Assembly: GCA_036172245.1 (NCBI GenBank)
Contig: JAYWIR010000065.1
Span: forward strand, 124,001 to 188,000
Origin: Raillietiella orientalis
Lineage: Eukaryota
Length of the DNA stretch: 64,000 nucleotides
Direction of reading: 5' to 3'
Shown: piece after piece, positions 61,250 to 64,000 of the stretch
Layout: each line of letters opens with the position of its first letter
How positions within the stretch are numbered: the first letter of the stretch is position 1
Notes under the pieces: model-generated
Database searches by the model: none
Told to the model about the DNA's origin: nothing
What the model saw: the letters and a program-made list of their open reading frames with translations, nothing else
Program-made: the position numbers and the translations under genes

Positions 61250-64000
61250 AAGAAAGTTTCTGAAATGACACGCTGACCTAATGACAAGCATCTTGAGAAT
61301 ATGCCCATCATAGGAGGCGATCAACAGAGGGAGAAGCCTAGTGATGTGGCGATGGCATCCGCAAATGTGATCGCAAGTCAGTCATCCACGGGAAAGTCTA
61401 CAGCGCCCTTGATTCCACCCAAATACTAATTACCACTCCCAACTTTTGCTTGACTTCATTATCGGACGAGAGGCAGCGCTTTCAGCATGGGTATGACCAT
61501 TGTAGACGGGAAGTTCACAGAACACTGACTAGTGCAATCCTATTCCAGAGTCTTGACGAATCGATTTCTCCTAAAGAATGAAAGAACTTTCTCCGCTCAA
61601 CTCTTTGCTCGATGTTGCCTTTGCAACGGTTGACAAAGTAAAGTCCTGATCTCATTCCCCAATAGCTCTTCTGGAATGAGGAATGAGGCTCTCACAAGCA
61701 CTTTAGGAGACTCCTCCTAGAGACTGTTTGCTGCACTACGCACTTGTGATTGCCACCAATCACAGATTGCTTAGTCTGTCCAGGATGAGACCAGAACTTA
61801 ATGAGGAAACAGTCTTCGTGTTAGGGAAAGCCAGGAACCAAATCGGAGGAAATTCCTTCAGATCTCTGTCGGGTAATCACTGTCATGAAAGATAAAAATA
61901 TTTGGTGTTTCATTTTAAATAGTAAGCGACTCTCAATTCTAAGGGTATACTATAAAGATGAAACTCGGGGAGGAGTGTGCAGTTGAAGCTTTTCTACATT
62001 TGTCATTGTCGATTCGAGAGCAGCTTCAAATATGCCTAAAACCTCCATAGACATTTCTTTTTTCTTTTAGTCTCTAGAAAATTCAGATTTCGGTGCAATG
62101 GCTTATTATTAGAGGAAAAGCTTCACAACTTCAACCGGACATTCTATGCATTGGAAAAAACAGGCTGTAGAACTAGGGATATTAGTCCAGGAATCTTTGA
62201 GGCGATTCTTAAATTGTTTCAACATTTTGCCAATTGGTATCGCTAAGGGTTAGCTTTTCTTTGTGATTCAAATAAAACTTTACTGTTTCTGATGTCATGA
62301 ATACATAGTGAATTTCGATCCTAATTACCTGTCCTCAAGAAAGATAGTTAAGTGCAGAGAAACGCAGGAGCTTCTCTCCTGCAGCATCTTGTTGAAAAGA
62401 ATGCGTAGTGATGTATGATGATAAAATAACAAACCTATTAAATTTTGCCAGTTTGGTGCAATGAGATTGAATGCAGGCATCCTCCACTTTATCCTTCGTC
62501 TTCATTCTGCTACAAATCGGCCATTTTATGCTCATTCGGATGTGAGCGTGAGCCACTAGAAAGAAATGTGGCTTGCTTTTTCCGTCCTCTGGCAAAAAAT
62601 CTTGATTTGAGAGATACAGTGGAATAAAATGTAACTGAGAAAAAATCCAATTTCGTTCCATGCTAGTGAGCAATGCATTGGTACACATCTTTCATAGATG
62701 GTAACAACATCCAATTAAGGGAAAACCTCTTAATTTTTCGAGGGAAGTAGATCATCTCTGGAATAGCTATTACGAGCACTCATCAACCACGGTCTTCTAG
62801 GGGACCCGCAAGCTGGTGCTGCAAATATGAGAGTTCTTCCTCGCCGTCAGGAGCAGAAGGTGGAATTTCAAGCAGTCTCGTGGAAGCCTCCGAATGATCG
62901 AACTGATCGAGTTGCTCTAATCAAATTACAGGTTTGTTGCTAGATTTTCATACTATGCAAGTCGCGAAATTCATCGGCTGACAAGAAGGGTTCGCCACTA
63001 ATTCCCACCGCTTTTCTAGTTCATCCCCTCTATCGGAAGAGGCGATCGTCCATGAGAGGTTCCTGAGTCACAGATGATGTCCCGAAAGATGGTTTCAAAA
63101 GATGCTTCAGGAGTGCTGGATGGTGGAACATACCATCTCCTTCCTGATCTATTTCGCGTGGTGCAGCAGGCTTCTTAGGATCCTGCAATTCCCTATCGAT
63201 CTTAGGATTCCAAGGATCCTATAATAGTGCTTTTTTTCCAAAGAAACCCCCCCCTCCACTCGTTTAGATGAAGTTCTTTTCATGGGATGTATCTTTTGAT
63301 CACGAACAGGGAAAACAGCGGCACTAAGAGAGAATACGACAGCCTGCTTCGTACAGGACGTCATCATGCCTCCGGTTAAGTCTCGCCGTATCAGTTCCTG
63401 GCTTTGCTGCGAGTTGAGAAGCTCAATTGGTCATTGGACAGTACTCACAAGAAGAAATCTCCGAGTTGCATTCTTTTGAAAGAAACAGACGATCTAAAGA
63501 TATATTCTGTATCTCCAGTTTACAGAATTGCGGAGACCATACGGAAATGCAATCAGCAGAGCAGCAACTATAGAAGACTTGACTGTGAAGGAAAAGATTT
63601 TTGAAAGTGATGAACACTTCTCATCCTCTCTGGTGGGTACCTTCTCTCGTTATTTGATGATGACAACCAAATGTAATTTAATGGAAGCAAAAGATTTCTA
63701 AGAGATCTATGCTTATTCGTGTGAGTATTCTGAGCTCGGTTCTGTGAGACTTGCTGCAAGTTACTCGTTTCATAAAAGATCTAGAGTCAGTAGAGGGCAA
63801 CTTTTACAACATGCTTTCGAGTCCCTTTGTGTGGTATGAAAGACTTCGAAATCGGAAGCAACCTCCACGCTATGAGGCCCACTCCCTTGAATCTAGTTTC
63901 ATTTCAGGGTGAACAATTCAAGGTGACTGCCCGTTATACGAAGGATTTTGTCACTGTATAAAATATTAAGTTTTAGGGAGATCTGCAAGTTTGATAACAT
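61250..64000. other. GC-richer block with decayed reading frames, probably old TE or viral sequence
   Basis: Compositional shift after ~61.2 kb; minus-strand frames read through stops (DPWNPKIDRELQDPKKP..FHHPALLKHLLK); no diagnostic domain recognised. Confidence 0.25.

Overview
Eukaryotic (invertebrate-like animal) genomic DNA with many very short spliceosomal introns (about 37-70 nt) plus a few multi-kb ones. Spliced genes reconstructed by hand: RhoBTB (+, 3009-16912, start exon not found, ~11.4 kb intron), BRD8 (-), Sec24A/B (+), a PPP1R35/Rcd4-like gene (+), katanin p60 (+), jagunal (-) and Ero1 (-). There are also one intronless orphan ORF and two weak candidate genes or exons. About 1-20.4 kb and 61.2-64 kb are GC/CpG-richer and full of stop-interrupted ORF remnants and poly(A/T) tracts. 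The 1-20.4 kb block also holds a pogo/Tigger-like MITE and, with its right edge, four perfect hairpins (30, 17, 13 and 13 bp stems). The housekeeping gene bodies in 21-60 kb are AT-rich and CpG-poor. No rRNA, tRNA or CRISPR was recognised. I found no clearly new multi-gene system. The best leads are the perfect hairpins, the divergent PPP1R35-like and orphan genes, an 18-nt Ero1 micro-exon and the CpG mosaic. All family calls are from motif recognition, not database searches.
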